Assembly: GCF_003918875.1 (NCBI RefSeq) | Contig: NW_025765381.1 | Span: forward strand, 372,001-436,000 | DNA: 64,000 nt | Origin: Haliotis rubra | Taxonomy: Eukaryota | Direction: 5' to 3' | Shown: positions 51,526 through 64,000 of the stretch, piece by piece | Position numbering within the stretch: the stretch's first letter is position 1 | Layout: every line of letters begins with the position of its first letter | Made by a program: the position numbers and the translations under genes | Notes under the pieces: model-generated | Database searches by the model: none | Told to the model about the DNA's origin: nothing | Seen by the model: only the letters and a program-made list of their open reading frames with translations

Positions 51526-53459
51526 AGGCCAGAAACGCTTGGAAAATGCTTTTTGGCAATTATTTGATAATGGTTAATATTTCAGATTCAAAACTCATAT
51601 ATAATCATTCATACCACCTAATATGGCATATGAGTAATTACGATGTACCATTCCCTAATCATAATGATTACTCGTAAAATATCCAAAAACTTAGAAATAA
51701 TTCCATGGTAGAAACACTTCAAAGAAACAAACTCTACTGTGACCCACCTGGCAGGCAGACAGGGTGACAGCGTTATGTAACGCACGGGCAGTGCATGTCA
51801 GGGACCGTCTCAAAATGTCAGTATCACTGCTGGTATCACTGCTGGTCGAGGACTCTAGCAGAATTACAACAGGTGCAACTCGGCTGACGTTAACGCTGTC
51901 CCGCAGACGGTATTCGTCCTCGATTTTGAGTACATGGTCTTCAGCCTTTTGCCACACTTCTGGGGGTAATTCTTGCAACAAAAGCATGCATAAGCTCTTT
52001 AACGTCTGAAAGAGTGAATGTGGTATTATTGCGAGCAATAAAATTCTTACCCCAGATCAGCTCGATGGGATTTGAGCTCACAGTGCCGTACTGGTGTACG
52101 CAGAACTATGTGGCCTTGTTTTGCAGCTAGATCGTCAGTGATGTACTGGATTGGCTTTTTGTGCTGCCGGATTTTTTCCATGAGCTGGGGCTTTGTTTCT
52201 GATTGCCTGTAAGGCACGTTACAGGAAGTGAGAAAATCCTGCAACTGAGCCTTGAGATTGCTGATGGTGGGTGTGATGGTACCAGGGACACGAAGGTTAT
52301 CCAAAATGATAACGCTTGGTTCATCCAGCTGCGATAAAAGGTGATGTTCAAACCAATAAAAAATACCGGCTCATTCATTTCGCTACGGTAACCACCATCA
52401 GATTTCTTGGCCTCAAAAACAAAGTCACAACCCCCAATCCGTCCCTTGCTAAGGTAACCAGCTTGCAAGATGATCAGGCGTCTACCTTTGCCCGATGGTA
52501 ACACTGGTGCCTTAGAACAATATGAAGGAAGCCACATCCGATCGGTTGAATGATTTTTATTGCAGGTTTCATCAAGGTATATGGTTTGAAACCCCAAATT
52601 GCGGTATTCTTCAACTGTTCTGAGATAAGCTGATCGCATGGACAGGATTGAGTACTTTTCTCTAAACACAGCTCTGTCATCTCCCCTTTTGGTGTACCTG
52701 AACCCCATTTCTACCAGAGCTACAATAAGTGTTGTTTTCGAGACATTTATTGTATCTTTAATCTCATCTTGTACTTTAGCACACGTCGGTGGGATTTTGC
52801 GTTGATACTGCACGGCGTATGACACCCTTATCAAAGCTATCCAGTTTGTATTTCCTACCTGGTTTTGACTTTGACACGACCCCTGAGGTAACTGATTTGT
52901 TTACAACTTTGTAAACCTGACTATATGTCAAATTAAGGGCCTTACACATAGTAAACCCTGTCATAGCTGACGAGAGGTTTCCCCCTTTGCTTCTCCAGTA
53001 TGAAATACTGGTATAAATTTGAAATTAATTGTTCTGCAGAGATATCAAGTCGCATGTTGCCAGTTCAATGCTCATACACAAAGTGAAACTTCTATAGGTG
53101 AACAAGATTATCTATGCGATTTAAATGCGATTTAAGACTTTTTACGTAATTAGTTTGAATATAACTACTACAAGAGTTCCATCTTTTTCATATATAGATC
53201 TTAAAAAACCCTTTTTACAATCATTTACGTAATTTAATTAGTTGAGGCTATATGAATAATTATAGTCTGCATTTCAAAACTACAGTTTGTACGTCAAAAT
53301 TTTCCCCTGTGAAGTCACCCCTCAAGTGCATTATTTCATCTGACCTTTAATATCCAACTAGGTAGAGTCGTACATGTATCATATATGTGCTTTTATCTTG
53401 TGTCAAATTCATCAGATTGATATTGAAGCCAAAAAGCATTTTCCAAGCCTTTCTGGCCT
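51526..53459 (-). mobile_element. IS630/Tc1/mariner transposon with a long D-E spacer (Sailor/DD82E-like), disrupted transposase
   Basis: TIR AGGCCAGAAA(C/G)GCTTGGAAAATGCTTTTTGGC, TA flanks; IYLDET, SGKGRRLII, VIILDN and, after a frameshift, VLRTPVRHCEL.PIELIW; about 78 residues between the second D and E. Confidence 0.9.
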
Positions 53460-54513
53460 TAACTTGAAATGAACATATTGTACATACAAATAGTTCATAG
53501 TACAAAAAATAACATATAATGAAAAGGAGCCCTGAGACTTCCTTCATTTTCAGAAGCTATGGAAATCTAGACTTGCCACATTTTCTAGACTTGCGAGGGC
53601 TTTCTTGTATATATTTGCTTCAGGGTCTATATGACAGGCTAACAGTTTTTAAACCGTTCCAAGTGTAATGCATTGCAGATAATCAGTGAGGAGCGGTAGT
53701 GTGCTGGAAAGTGCTATTATAAGCTGATTCCAGAATCATCTGCCTTTGAGAGTAATGAAGAAAGTTTAAGCCTCATATTATTGTGCCTATTAGGGAAACT
53801 GACTCTTGCCGCGCATCTTACATTACATCATAAGCCACTGCAAGACCAGCATTTTGTTATACTCTGTATATTCTGTCCAGACGTAATTTCGGACGTTGGA
53901 TTACTGTGCTGATTGGTGAATATTACCATCAATATATTTCTTGTTGTATATATTACCTTCGAATTTGTACTGCCATACTGATAGTTTTTTACTGATTTGT
54001 ATTTATTCGTGAGCATAGTTAATTTTAGAATAAAATTGTTTATCATTGCACATTTCTTAATAGTTCGTTGGTATCAGACCTTATTCCTTTACGGAGTGAT
54101 TTCCGGTTAACTTTTTAGTTTCAACTTGGGGATCAACGCGTAACAATGTACGACCATTTAAAGACTGGTGTGTTACGTAATCTATAGGGAAAGCACTTAG
54201 ACCTGAAATGTTGTTAGAACGTGTGTCCTTCATGGAATAAACCACATAATTTTGTTTTCCAGTCCTCATAATCATAGACTTGGTAGACGTGATCTTAAGT
54301 AGGAGCCAAAAGGAGAATACGAATATGCATTACATATACGTGTGCCAAAGTATCCGGATAGCACGAATCATTGTTCTCAATGCTTCTAAAAACTATCTTG
54401 TCTTTCTACATATTTGACATACACAAACATAAACAATGACAACGTAAATCAACATACACTCTTTCGCAGTAGTTTTGGACGAGACCCTGAAGCCCCTGTG
54501 ACTTGTTCTTCTG

Positions 54514-54678
54514 GTGGGGCTGTCGGGTAGCCCTGTGGTTAAGCGTTCCCTTGTCACGCCGAAGACCCGGGTTCGATTCCCAACATGCATACAGTGTGTG
54601 AAGCCCATTTCTGGTGTCCCCCGTCGTGATGTTGCTGGAAAATTGCTAACAAAACGGCGTAAAACTAAACTCACTCAC
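54514..54678 (+). mobile_element. SINE family 1
   Basis: Consensus match; TSD-like CTTCTGG. Confidence 0.9.
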
Positions 54679-54705
54679 TGTCCTTCTGGATATCTCCCTA
54701 CAGTA

Positions 54706-55680
54706 TTATCCTACTATTTACAGAACAAGTCATGATAAAAAGTAACTTCGTGCTGTGTTTGCAACGCATTATATGTTGTTAAGTACAGTGTACTCGTACA
54801 TGGACCAGCCTGTACGAGAGAAGGCTGGAGGGTAAAACAACACACCTAGGGTTCCCAACTTATCCTTGAACCTAAAATACTACAATGTTATTACCACGTC
54901 TATTCCGAACATGCTTTTAGGTCATGGTGAGTGTATATATCTTTTCGGAATAATGAAACCAAATCCTTGTTGAAGGGTGTGGCGTGACTGTTTCATGTTT
55001 TGACTCAAACGTTTTCAAACGAATGGGCGTCACAATGAAGTACTATGACACCATATACTTTGAAATGAAAACAAGGAAACAATATATATTTTGAAGTGCT
55101 TATGTTTCTAAAATAAACGTTTTGTTATGTTACAATGAAAGTACATAGTTTGTGAGAAAGTGCAAGTGGAGTGCAATGAGAATGAGCTTGAATTGCACTT
55201 TCTGTTACAGAAATATTCTAGATGAAATGACATATGTTTTAATATTCATTCCTGAAGGTGGTCATGTTTACAAGATCGTGGACAACGTACTGTGACAATG
55301 TGTCCCAGTCCACACAGCTGTTAATGGGTACCTCGTAAGGATGGGAAAGCCGCAATAACTCGGTGCGCCTTGTAGCAGCAAGAGCTGTATGGTCCCCAGA
55401 GAGCTGAGATTGATAATAAGATGTGCCGTTGAGATTGACATCCAATGATCGAGAGAAAAAATACCAGCGCCTTGAGCATGTACTAGTGCGACGATATGTG
55501 CGCCATAATAATATCCAATAATAATAAAAGATGGGAATCTGTCAATGAATTCTAGCCCTACACAGTACAAGGTATGTAAAAAGGGAAGATTTAAGATATG
55601 GACACGATGCCGATTGTTGAAAAACACATTTCAAGTTGGCCGGCAGTTGAGCGTATACAAGTTGTTTCTCAGTTTCAGTC
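54706..55680 (+). repeat. Recent direct duplicate of 56677-57410, with a SINE family 3 fragment at about 55285-55533
   Basis: TTATCCTACTATTTTACAGAACAAGTCATG... is near-identical at both loci. Confidence 0.93.
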
Positions 55681-58600
55681 GTAGCATACCAGGTATTACG
55701 TTCACGATAAGCAACAACATCACATGCATTCATACGAACAACATTCATGGAAACAAGAAGGCACATGCATAAATTTTGCCTGTTATTTACCCTGGCACAG
55801 ACTTTGGAGAGTATGCGCCATCCGCGTTCAGGTAGAATGCATTTTACGAGATGTTGCACAAGCAAAGTGCTCAAGACCGATAATCATGACCTGACAAGTC
55901 TCGATCGTGCTATGTAGGGGGACCTGAATGTTGTTTCTACCCAGCACAACACACACGAGCAACATATGCAAATGTGCCGCGCTAAACTATGTCTCAGCAT
56001 ATATGTTTACTTGGAGGATCTGCAAAATGTGTTTATCCTTACTGAGTAGTTACAGATGCATGTTTCATGTTTGATATGCATGCCAATAATATTTGGTAAA
56101 ATCATTTATTCCATGTATCGGTGTTAGGAAATATGGAAAACCTCCCAAAACATGTACTATTATTAACAGAACTCGTTCAGAACAAAACATAAACAAAAAT
56201 GTTTATTGTCATGTGTATCCAATCGTTACAAACTGCATAGTAATTACAGGCATAATAATATATCCCACAAACGTAGCATTCCTACCCAGTCAAGATGAAA
56301 AGCTTTCCCAGCAACATACCTCACACACAACAACGCCGTACGAAACAATCATATGCCTCATGTGAAGAGGTGTCATGGACACCTGGAAATATCTCATCGT
56401 CATGATGTTTCCATCTGTCATGGTGATGGCTGAAAGCACTTTCCATGTGCGCTCGGTCTTTCTCATTTATCTCCCATCATGCATCGGGCTATCCAGAAGC
56501 TTTGGTTTAATCTTTTGAAAAGAAGTCGCTTTGCCAGTGAAGGTTTAGTGGCTTGGAAAATAGTTACTTTCGAGAAGCACGTCGAACATGTATTGAAAAA
56601 CCTGAAATTGCCTTTATGCCAACATAATTATTGATCATCTTTGCAAAAAGAAATGTAATGGCAGAGGCTCAAATTATTATCCTACTATTTACAGAACAAG
56701 TCATGATAAAAAGTAACTTCGTGCTGTGTTTGCAACGCATTATATGTTGTTAAGTACAGTATACTCGTACATGAACCAGCCTGTACGAGAGAAGGATGGA
56801 GGGTAAAACAACACTGCTACGGTTCCCAACTTATCCTTGAACCTACAATACTACAATGTTATTACCACAATATTACCATGTCTATTCCGAACATGCTTTT
56901 AGGTCATGGTGAGTGTATATATCTTTTCGGAATAATGAAACCAAATCCTTGTTGAAGGGTGTGGCGTGACTGTTTCATGTTTTGACTCAAACGTTTTCAA
57001 ACGAATGGGCGTCACAATGAAGAAGTACTATGACACCACATGCTTTGAAATGAAAACAAGGAAACAATATATATTTGTGAAATGCTTATGTTTCTGAAAT
57101 GAACGTTTTGTTATGTTACAATGAAAGTACGTAGCTTGTGAGAAAGTGCAAGTGGAGTGCAATGAGAATGAGCTTGAATTGCACTTTCTGTTACAGAAAT
57201 ATTCTAAATGAAATGACATATGTTTTAATATTCATTCCTGAGGGTGGTCATGTTTACAAGATCGGAATCTGTCAATGAAATCTAGCCCTACACAGTACAA
57301 GGTATGTAAAAAGGGAAGATTTACGATATCGACACGCTGCCGATTGTTGAAAAAACACATTTCAAGTTGGCCCGTAGTTGAGCGTATACAAGTTGATTCC
57401 CAGTTTCAGTTAAAAACTTCTGTAAGTCTACTTTTTATTCTTTTGGCATTTGTAAAATGTGCAAATACATACCTGGAGGAAACAATCCGATAGACGAACT
57501 GCAATGACTCCCATGAGACTACACAGCGTTGTATTCTTCCCGTATATCACCTGACAGGTATAAATCTCAGTAATCTATATGGACAGCTGCCAAGGTTATA
57601 TTTTCGTTCAAGCATTGAGAAGCAAACATATCTAGCCAGCGCTCACTACGGGCACCGACATGGGTCGAGTTAAACAAGATATGGTCAAATGGAGTTGAAT
57701 GTTTTGAGGTACATATTTGACTATAATCTATGAGGGTGTCTGTAATTGCTGTTTATAATTGATAAAAACACAACAATTACATGTTTACTAAATCATCATT
57801 CTGCATCGACACCAGATACAAAAACCTTCTTGCTCCTAAAAGTACATGTATGGCGAAATGTTAGTAAGACATATGACAGTGTTACTGTCAGATGTAAAAC
57901 CTAAACATGTTCTTTTCTGGGTCTATATTTAAGTAATATGCCCTTGATAATAGATGTTTCATCCTCGTCACGGGTTATCTGATCAGAAGGGAATGAGTTG
58001 CATGACATGTGGACAGAACACCAAGGCATTGATTGCTATCAAGTGTTGAGAAGTCTGACATGTAATTATATGAATATAATGTAATTACATTATCAAATGT
58101 TGCTTGTATGTGTTATACTCCATTACATAAGAACATAATAATTCCATATAAGCCATTATCTTGCGGCTGCTTCATCGTAGTTGCGACTGTACTTGTTGAC
58201 CATACACAGGATTGTATCAAGTTAGGTTCAGCTCATGTTAGTATCAAAATATCTTGATTTAGAGCCTTGACTATGTTTGCTTGGAACAAAGGGAAAAATA
58301 TACAGATTTTGTTATGCCAGGATTCGCTAGATATTAAGCTTGATGCATTTTGTAAGTCACAAAGTATTTTGAACAGAATCACAAAATGTTCTTTTTCAAA
58401 CCTGTATATTTCCTGACGTTATATAGTGAGTGAATTTGTCTCAATCCACTTTTAAGCAGTTTTCAACAATATCGCTCCGGGAACATCAGAAATGAGCTTT
58501 TCACATGGACTTAATATTGAAATCGCACCAGGGTACTGGGTATGACGAACATATGCTTTCAGCACAAGAGTACCACATCTGACATAAAACATAGCGTTGT

Positions 58601-59069
58601 TTGTATGACGATATAGGACGAGTCCACATTCGAGATGGTGATACGAGGGTTGACTGCCACACAAACAAAACCTAAAAACAAGACAATGATCAATTTTCTT
58701 TCTCAAAATAATCCTCTTCCAGACCGATATTTTCTCCCACTTCCGTCGAAGTCCATCTCATGGTTGTCAAAAAGGCTTTCCGCAGCTGCCATGATGTCTT
58801 TCTTCGTTGTAGTGGAATGTGCTCTATCCAGGTTAATGCCCCGTCAGGACTGGCAATATGATGCTTTTATTTGCACGTCGGTCAGCTCGGGTTCTCTGGA
58901 TCATGTCTGATATAACTGGCGAGGTAGGCTCCTTACGATCATGACGCCAACATCTTCAGCCTGAACTCCCTTCCCCCACCCATCCTGTGATCATTCATTG
59001 TTTGATTTGGTATTTGGAGATAACTTCTCTACTCTGATTAAAACTTTGTATACTCTCGACGAATCCCAA

Positions 59070-59460
59070 GAAATGATAGAAACTGTACTCTGGGTAAATT
59101 AAATGATTTTGGTGACGAATTTCATTATTTGTTTATCTGTCCCAAATTAGAAAGAGAAAAATATATTCACAAGTACTATTATATTAGGCCAAATATGTAC
59201 AAAATGAATATTTTATTAAACACCAATAAGCTAGGAACTTTAAGAAAACTTTCAATTTTTTTGTAAAATAATTATTTAAGAAATACGCTCAACATCTTAA
59301 TACGTAACTTAGTCGATGTACATTGCTCCTATCATACCGTTTGTATATAATTCTTATGTTGTATGTTGTATAAATGTAAATATTGTTCATGTACCCCTTA
59401 TACTGAAGTTCAGTTCTACTCAGCTTTTCAGTTATAGGGATACAAAATTAAAGTGTTTTA
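59070..59460 (+). mobile_element. LINE 3' fragment (RTE-X-like)
   Basis: RNDRNCTL..FGDEFHYLFICP..KYY..RPN motif followed by an AT-rich 3' UTR. Confidence 0.78.
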
Positions 59461-61582
59461 ACTGCCACATTTATCAGCAAGTATATAAGACCGAGTCACA
59501 CAGATTTTGTGTTAGCTATGGCTGGTGTATCTCAGAGAGGAGCCTGACAAGTGCTGCATGTACCTACCGTAACCGGACAGGTTATTGTCATGAATGCCTC
59601 TTGATGTGATCATATTCATATGTTTTACTAGTTGAAGTATACATTGTTGTGTAATTAGCTGAATACGTATTGTATGAACCTGGTACAGCTATAATGTTTT
59701 TAGTATATTAATATGGTGGAACAGTCTACCTGATAATGGAGAGAGAGCTAGTAATTAAAAACCATTTGACTTGAACAGATTGTGTATTGGACGGGTAGTC
59801 AAACTGGGAGTAGTCATAATGGGAGTGAACCGCCGCTACCCACCTATCTACGTACGGCTACAGTAGAATTGTAGAATTCGAAAGGGTATCCTCGTATGTC
59901 ATTGTGCTCGTGTCTTCATTCATCATGGCTATTGGTAAGATACCTTGATCAACTAGTATTGATTACATTCTTCAGGGTTGTCTATTCATCGAGGATCAAA
60001 GACTCATGCATGATTTACTGATGTCAAAGGAAATAATTTGCGCAACTGACTCAAGCTCTAGAGGATATACCTGTGTGGCGTCTAATGTCGCACGCAATGC
60101 TTACACATACATGTACTTAAAGCAAACTAAAACTAAACAGTTACTACAGTTTCAAAACATACAATACCAGATCTCATTATTCAGTCCTATTCGTATTCAG
60201 CTGACAGTACAACATATCTGGAATCACACACTTTAACACACAAAGAAAATCAAATTATAATTTCAAGCATTACTTGAGACAGTTAGTTACCCTCCATTAA
60301 CAGAGAGTATCAAATGGTTTATTTTCGGCTGGAAAACCGTGAAGGTGTCATTCCAGTCCTGATGGTACATCAAGATCAGGAACTGTGATGGTAAGTGGTG
60401 ATTATTATTACAAGCTCAAACAGGTTGTGTTTGGATGAACTGATTCAGTCATTTCCGGCATGCAAATGTTGGCTCTCAGTCCGTAAGATAAACCTGCAAA
60501 TGGCTCTTCACCTTACTATATTTACTTTCTTTTACATTTTATATATTTCTGAAGAACATTAGTGTGAAAGCTGCAAAAAACTTTAAAAAGTACCATCTAA
60601 CCAGCGAGATTCAAACGGAAACGCAGCTCCATGTGCAGAAGGAAAACAGGATAGGACCTGGCCTTTACAGGTATGTGGACTGTTTGTTCAAATATGCATT
60701 TCAGACTATGTGTACACATTCATTATTTTATCCTTCTCAATCTTTGTATGAGAAGACCTTTCAGCATGGCTAATTGAACACAAGGCTCAGCCTCCGTGGT
60801 GTAGTGGTTAGAGCCCCGGAGAGCACTTCGATCCCCGGGCATACCAAAAGACGTGTGGGGTTGGTCCTTGCCTGGCGCTAGCATCATGGGTACTGGTTGG
60901 CGGCAGTATACCTTCACTGCGGCATGGTATCTCAGATACGAAAACTGCCCGCTATTACAAGCAGCCACGCGTAAATGCAATATGAGTGAAATATTCCATC
61001 CAAGTGTCTGGTTGAACTCCTACGTTACACTTCAGCTTGTACAACACTGGAAACATGCATAACAGAGAGTTTTCTCTCATAAAGGAACCCTTGTTCATTG
61101 AACAGACACGGAACTAACAGGTAGGGCATGTGATGCAACACATTTTACTTGATGAGAAGGGGTCATATCACTTGTACAGAATTAGTAACTTAATAGCTTT
61201 GTAAACATGCACATTTTCTCACTTGTTCATTGAACGACAGTATTGATGCAGTCTTAGAGAAAAATTAATTGAGAAAATATAACATGGTTTGTTTTGAAAC
61301 TATAATCATTAGTCAGTTGCTTAGGAATGATAATAATCGGTGAATGGAAACACTTGAAATATATTCTTACAAAAGTGAGAAATGTTCGAAAATTTCGAAA
61401 ATTGTCATTTGTTTCTAGTAATAGTCGTATAAATTTGGAACCCATTACAAATCTGCCTTGAAGTATGACATCAGGCATTATGACCGCCAACGATCTTAAG
61501 GTGCAGAAAGTTGACATCTAGTGGATCAATTGTGCGTAATACTTCCATAATTTGTGAAATATCTAGTCTCCACTTTCCTCTT

Positions 61583-61747
61583 GAGTGAGTGAGTGTGATT
61601 GTACGCCGCTTTTAGCAATATTCCAGCAATATCACGGCGGGGGACACCTGAAATGGGCTTCACACATTGTACCCATTTGAAGAATCGAACCTGGTCTTCG
61701 GCGTGACGAGTGAACGCTTTAGCCACTAGGTTACCCTATTGCCACCC
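61583..61747 (-). mobile_element. SINE family 1
   Basis: Consensus match; TSD TCCTCTT. Confidence 0.93.
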
Positions 61748-61759
61748 TGTCCTCTTAAG

Positions 61760-62590
61760 GTAATAGTCAAATTCCGGCAACGTGGTCAGTGACCTGTGAC
61801 GTTGATGCACACGTCTCCATAACATGTCCAAGACGTGGTCAAAGGGGAAAAGGTATCATTGCTGGTTACTGGATGTTCTTCTGCTGGGGGTGAGCATTAA
61901 CGATTTGTGCACGGTGCGCACAGGCATTGCCATCCTGAAAGACAAAACGTTCCTATAGTACTTTCCAGTGATCCTTCCTTGCACAATGAGACAGTGAGGT
62001 AGCCTAGTGGTTAAAGCGTTCGCTCGTCACACCGTAGACCCGGGCTCGATTTCCCACATGGGTACAATGTGTGAAGCCCATGTCTGGTGTCCCCCGCCGT
62101 GATTTTGCTGGAATATTGTTAAAAGCGGCGTAAAACCCGACTAAGTCACTCACTCCTGGCACAATGTGGAGAGGAAGTTCGTATGTTATAGTGACGTCGT
62201 GTTTGACGTTCATTTCGACATCGCCCGACACCACCATGGAACATGACACTTGACCAGCCACGATAACTCCAGCTTTATCCACTATTGACGTCTCTTGGCA
62301 TTACGCGTCAAAACGTGTCAAGTAGAGGGATGAGCCCATTGTAAACGTTTTCTAATCCTTGATTTCATAGAGTCTCGTGTCGAATCAATACGTCCTTAAC
62401 TGTGTCGATCGGTAACATTTTAGGTTTGTTGGTACCTGCTCCATATCTACTCACAGCCTAGGTAGCATTGAACCAGCCAGTTTTCAGTTCCCAGCAGGAC
62501 AATTGCGTGCAGACGCTTCGCGCATTGCAGACACCTCTTCGCCAGTTCATACATGAACAATGAATCGTTCTTCCTTGGATAAGACAGAAT
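61760..62590 (-). mobile_element. Old, degenerate Tc1-like transposase remnant
   Basis: LSKEER, WSSVMF, FVFQDGNACAHRAQIV and DHVLDMLWRRV resemble Tc1 FQDDNARPHRA and EHVWD.L.RRV. Confidence 0.65.
61995..62155 (+). mobile_element. SINE family 1 inserted in the Tc1 remnant
   Basis: Consensus match. Confidence 0.92.
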
Positions 62591-64000
62591 GAGAAATGAC
62601 GACCTACAATTTACGCACGTTTGCTCGCTATTGTGTATGGCACAGTGGAACTATAAGAACACACACCTTCTTGCATAGGATGTTTGTGGTTAACTCTGAT
62701 CTTTGTTCTAATGCTTGGTATGAAAATTTACGTTTCCTAACCCCTTACCTTCTTAAACAATATATAATGAAACTCGCGCATCAATGGTTCTTCAATGGCC
62801 CTGTTGTTTTTTGTTGTAATTATCATAATTCTATTCGGTTCATCACTCAGGAACGCTGTTCTGACACAAGGAAGATGAAGTGTTGTAAGGTTTAAGAACC
62901 ATTAGGTGCAAAAGTCTGGTAAAAAGTAAACATCGAGAAGGCTGAGCAGAGATTCAACATATAGAGTTTCAAAAATAATAAGCCAAGTTAAATGTTCGTT
63001 ACGACTAAACGCTTTCATACTTCGTTTATTGCTTTAAGAAATGCCTACTCATTAGGGCAAGTACGGAGGCTAGCTAACCAGGCTGTTACATGTTTCTGAT
63101 TGATATTTCTAGACACATAGTCGCGTAGTTATCTTACCAAGGCATGGCAAGTATCAACAAAGGGCTTGTGTTGTTGCTGTAGCCACTAACTTCAGGAGAA
63201 CGAACAATGTGATAATGAAATCAGGAACTCATGCTCACATGAACACGTGGGAAGAACACATGGAATACCAGAGGTAAAGACGCTTAACATTTAACGGGAC
63301 GCCTGCTCTTGCACAGATTACACACATGCATGATAAAAAGGGAAACAGTTATGTTGTTAAAGTAGGTTAACGCTCAAGAAGACCTTTTGGACGCCTAATT
63401 AATTTAAAAACGTTTAATCTTTGCAATGCATAATGCATTTCATGACTTAAATTGAATATAAGTATCCATGTATAATACCAATCAGTTGAGTTTAATAGTT
63501 GTTAGAATTTGGGTTCGTTTGTTTGTAACTCTATTGAGACGATAGAAATATGTCTTAATTATCTTAATTTCATTTTCGATCGGACGTCTGAAAATAGTTC
63601 CTCATTAGATGAACTTCTTCTTTTGATTTATATGCTTACAGTTTCATAAATGTTTTATTGTAAGGACTCCGTGCTGTGGGAGAATGTTGATCAAACTTTC
63701 AGGTAATTGCACGACAATCGTTATTGTTCACGTAAAATAATTGAAACGACCGAGACAGATGCACTTTTAAGATTCTGTTAATATGTAACCAACCACAAAG
63801 TGCCCTGAAAAGTGAAGGGTTTTTGTGGTAGTGGGGTCGAGCAGCATAACGTTTTAACAGACATCAGACTTACATTTCTATTTTTTGTTGCACTTCCATG
63901 CCGAACCGTACCGTCAGCAAACATGGGACATTCCACGTCACGACCTTAAAACAATGTCACCATATCACCACACCTCCCTTTATACCACCACACCACCCAA

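Larger units (their letters stand above)
48050..56750 (-). pseudogene. Class C GPCR-like pseudogene copy P5, fragmented by Penelope, a Sailor-like transposon, SINEs and a local duplication
   Basis: Collinear pieces: 48050-48245 (TM7, like 31520-31705), 49660-51050, 54320-54705 and 55680-56700 (HMESAF..DEIFPGV). Confidence 0.58.

Noticed and set aside
58635-58910. TIR-domain-like WQYDAFI motif
   Set aside because: No downstream TIR boxes (RDxxPG, SxWC) and no LRR or TM context
60289-60550. Possible minus-strand kinase-like exon (GEEPFAGL)
   Set aside because: Stops follow immediately and no other kinase subdomains were found

Overview
This is repeat-rich, AT-rich animal genomic DNA. Gastropod mollusc (abalone-like) is my inference from the tRNA-SINEs with (CACT)n/(GAGT)n tails. 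I found no intact long protein-coding gene. 1-24 kb holds 52-bp and 23-bp minisatellites, a 157-N gap, an L1/Tx1 fragment and an intronless DDAH pseudogene (17664-18539, minus). The DDAH copy sits between the arms of a roughly 1-kb inverted duplication whose right arm is packed with nested insertions. 27-57 kb holds a cryptic tandem cluster of five heavily decayed, apparently intronless minus-strand genes that the ORF track does not show. Aligning the copies by eye and reading through frameshifts gives Venus-flytrap and 7TM motifs of class C (mGluR/CaSR/T1R-like) GPCRs, possibly with a double Venus-flytrap ectodomain. The cluster has been invaded by a Tc1 (DD34E), a long-spacer IS630/Tc1/mariner element (Sailor-like), Penelope elements carrying a covarying hammerhead-like RNA motif, LINE fragments and at least four SINE families. 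All calls come from manual reading, with no database searches.
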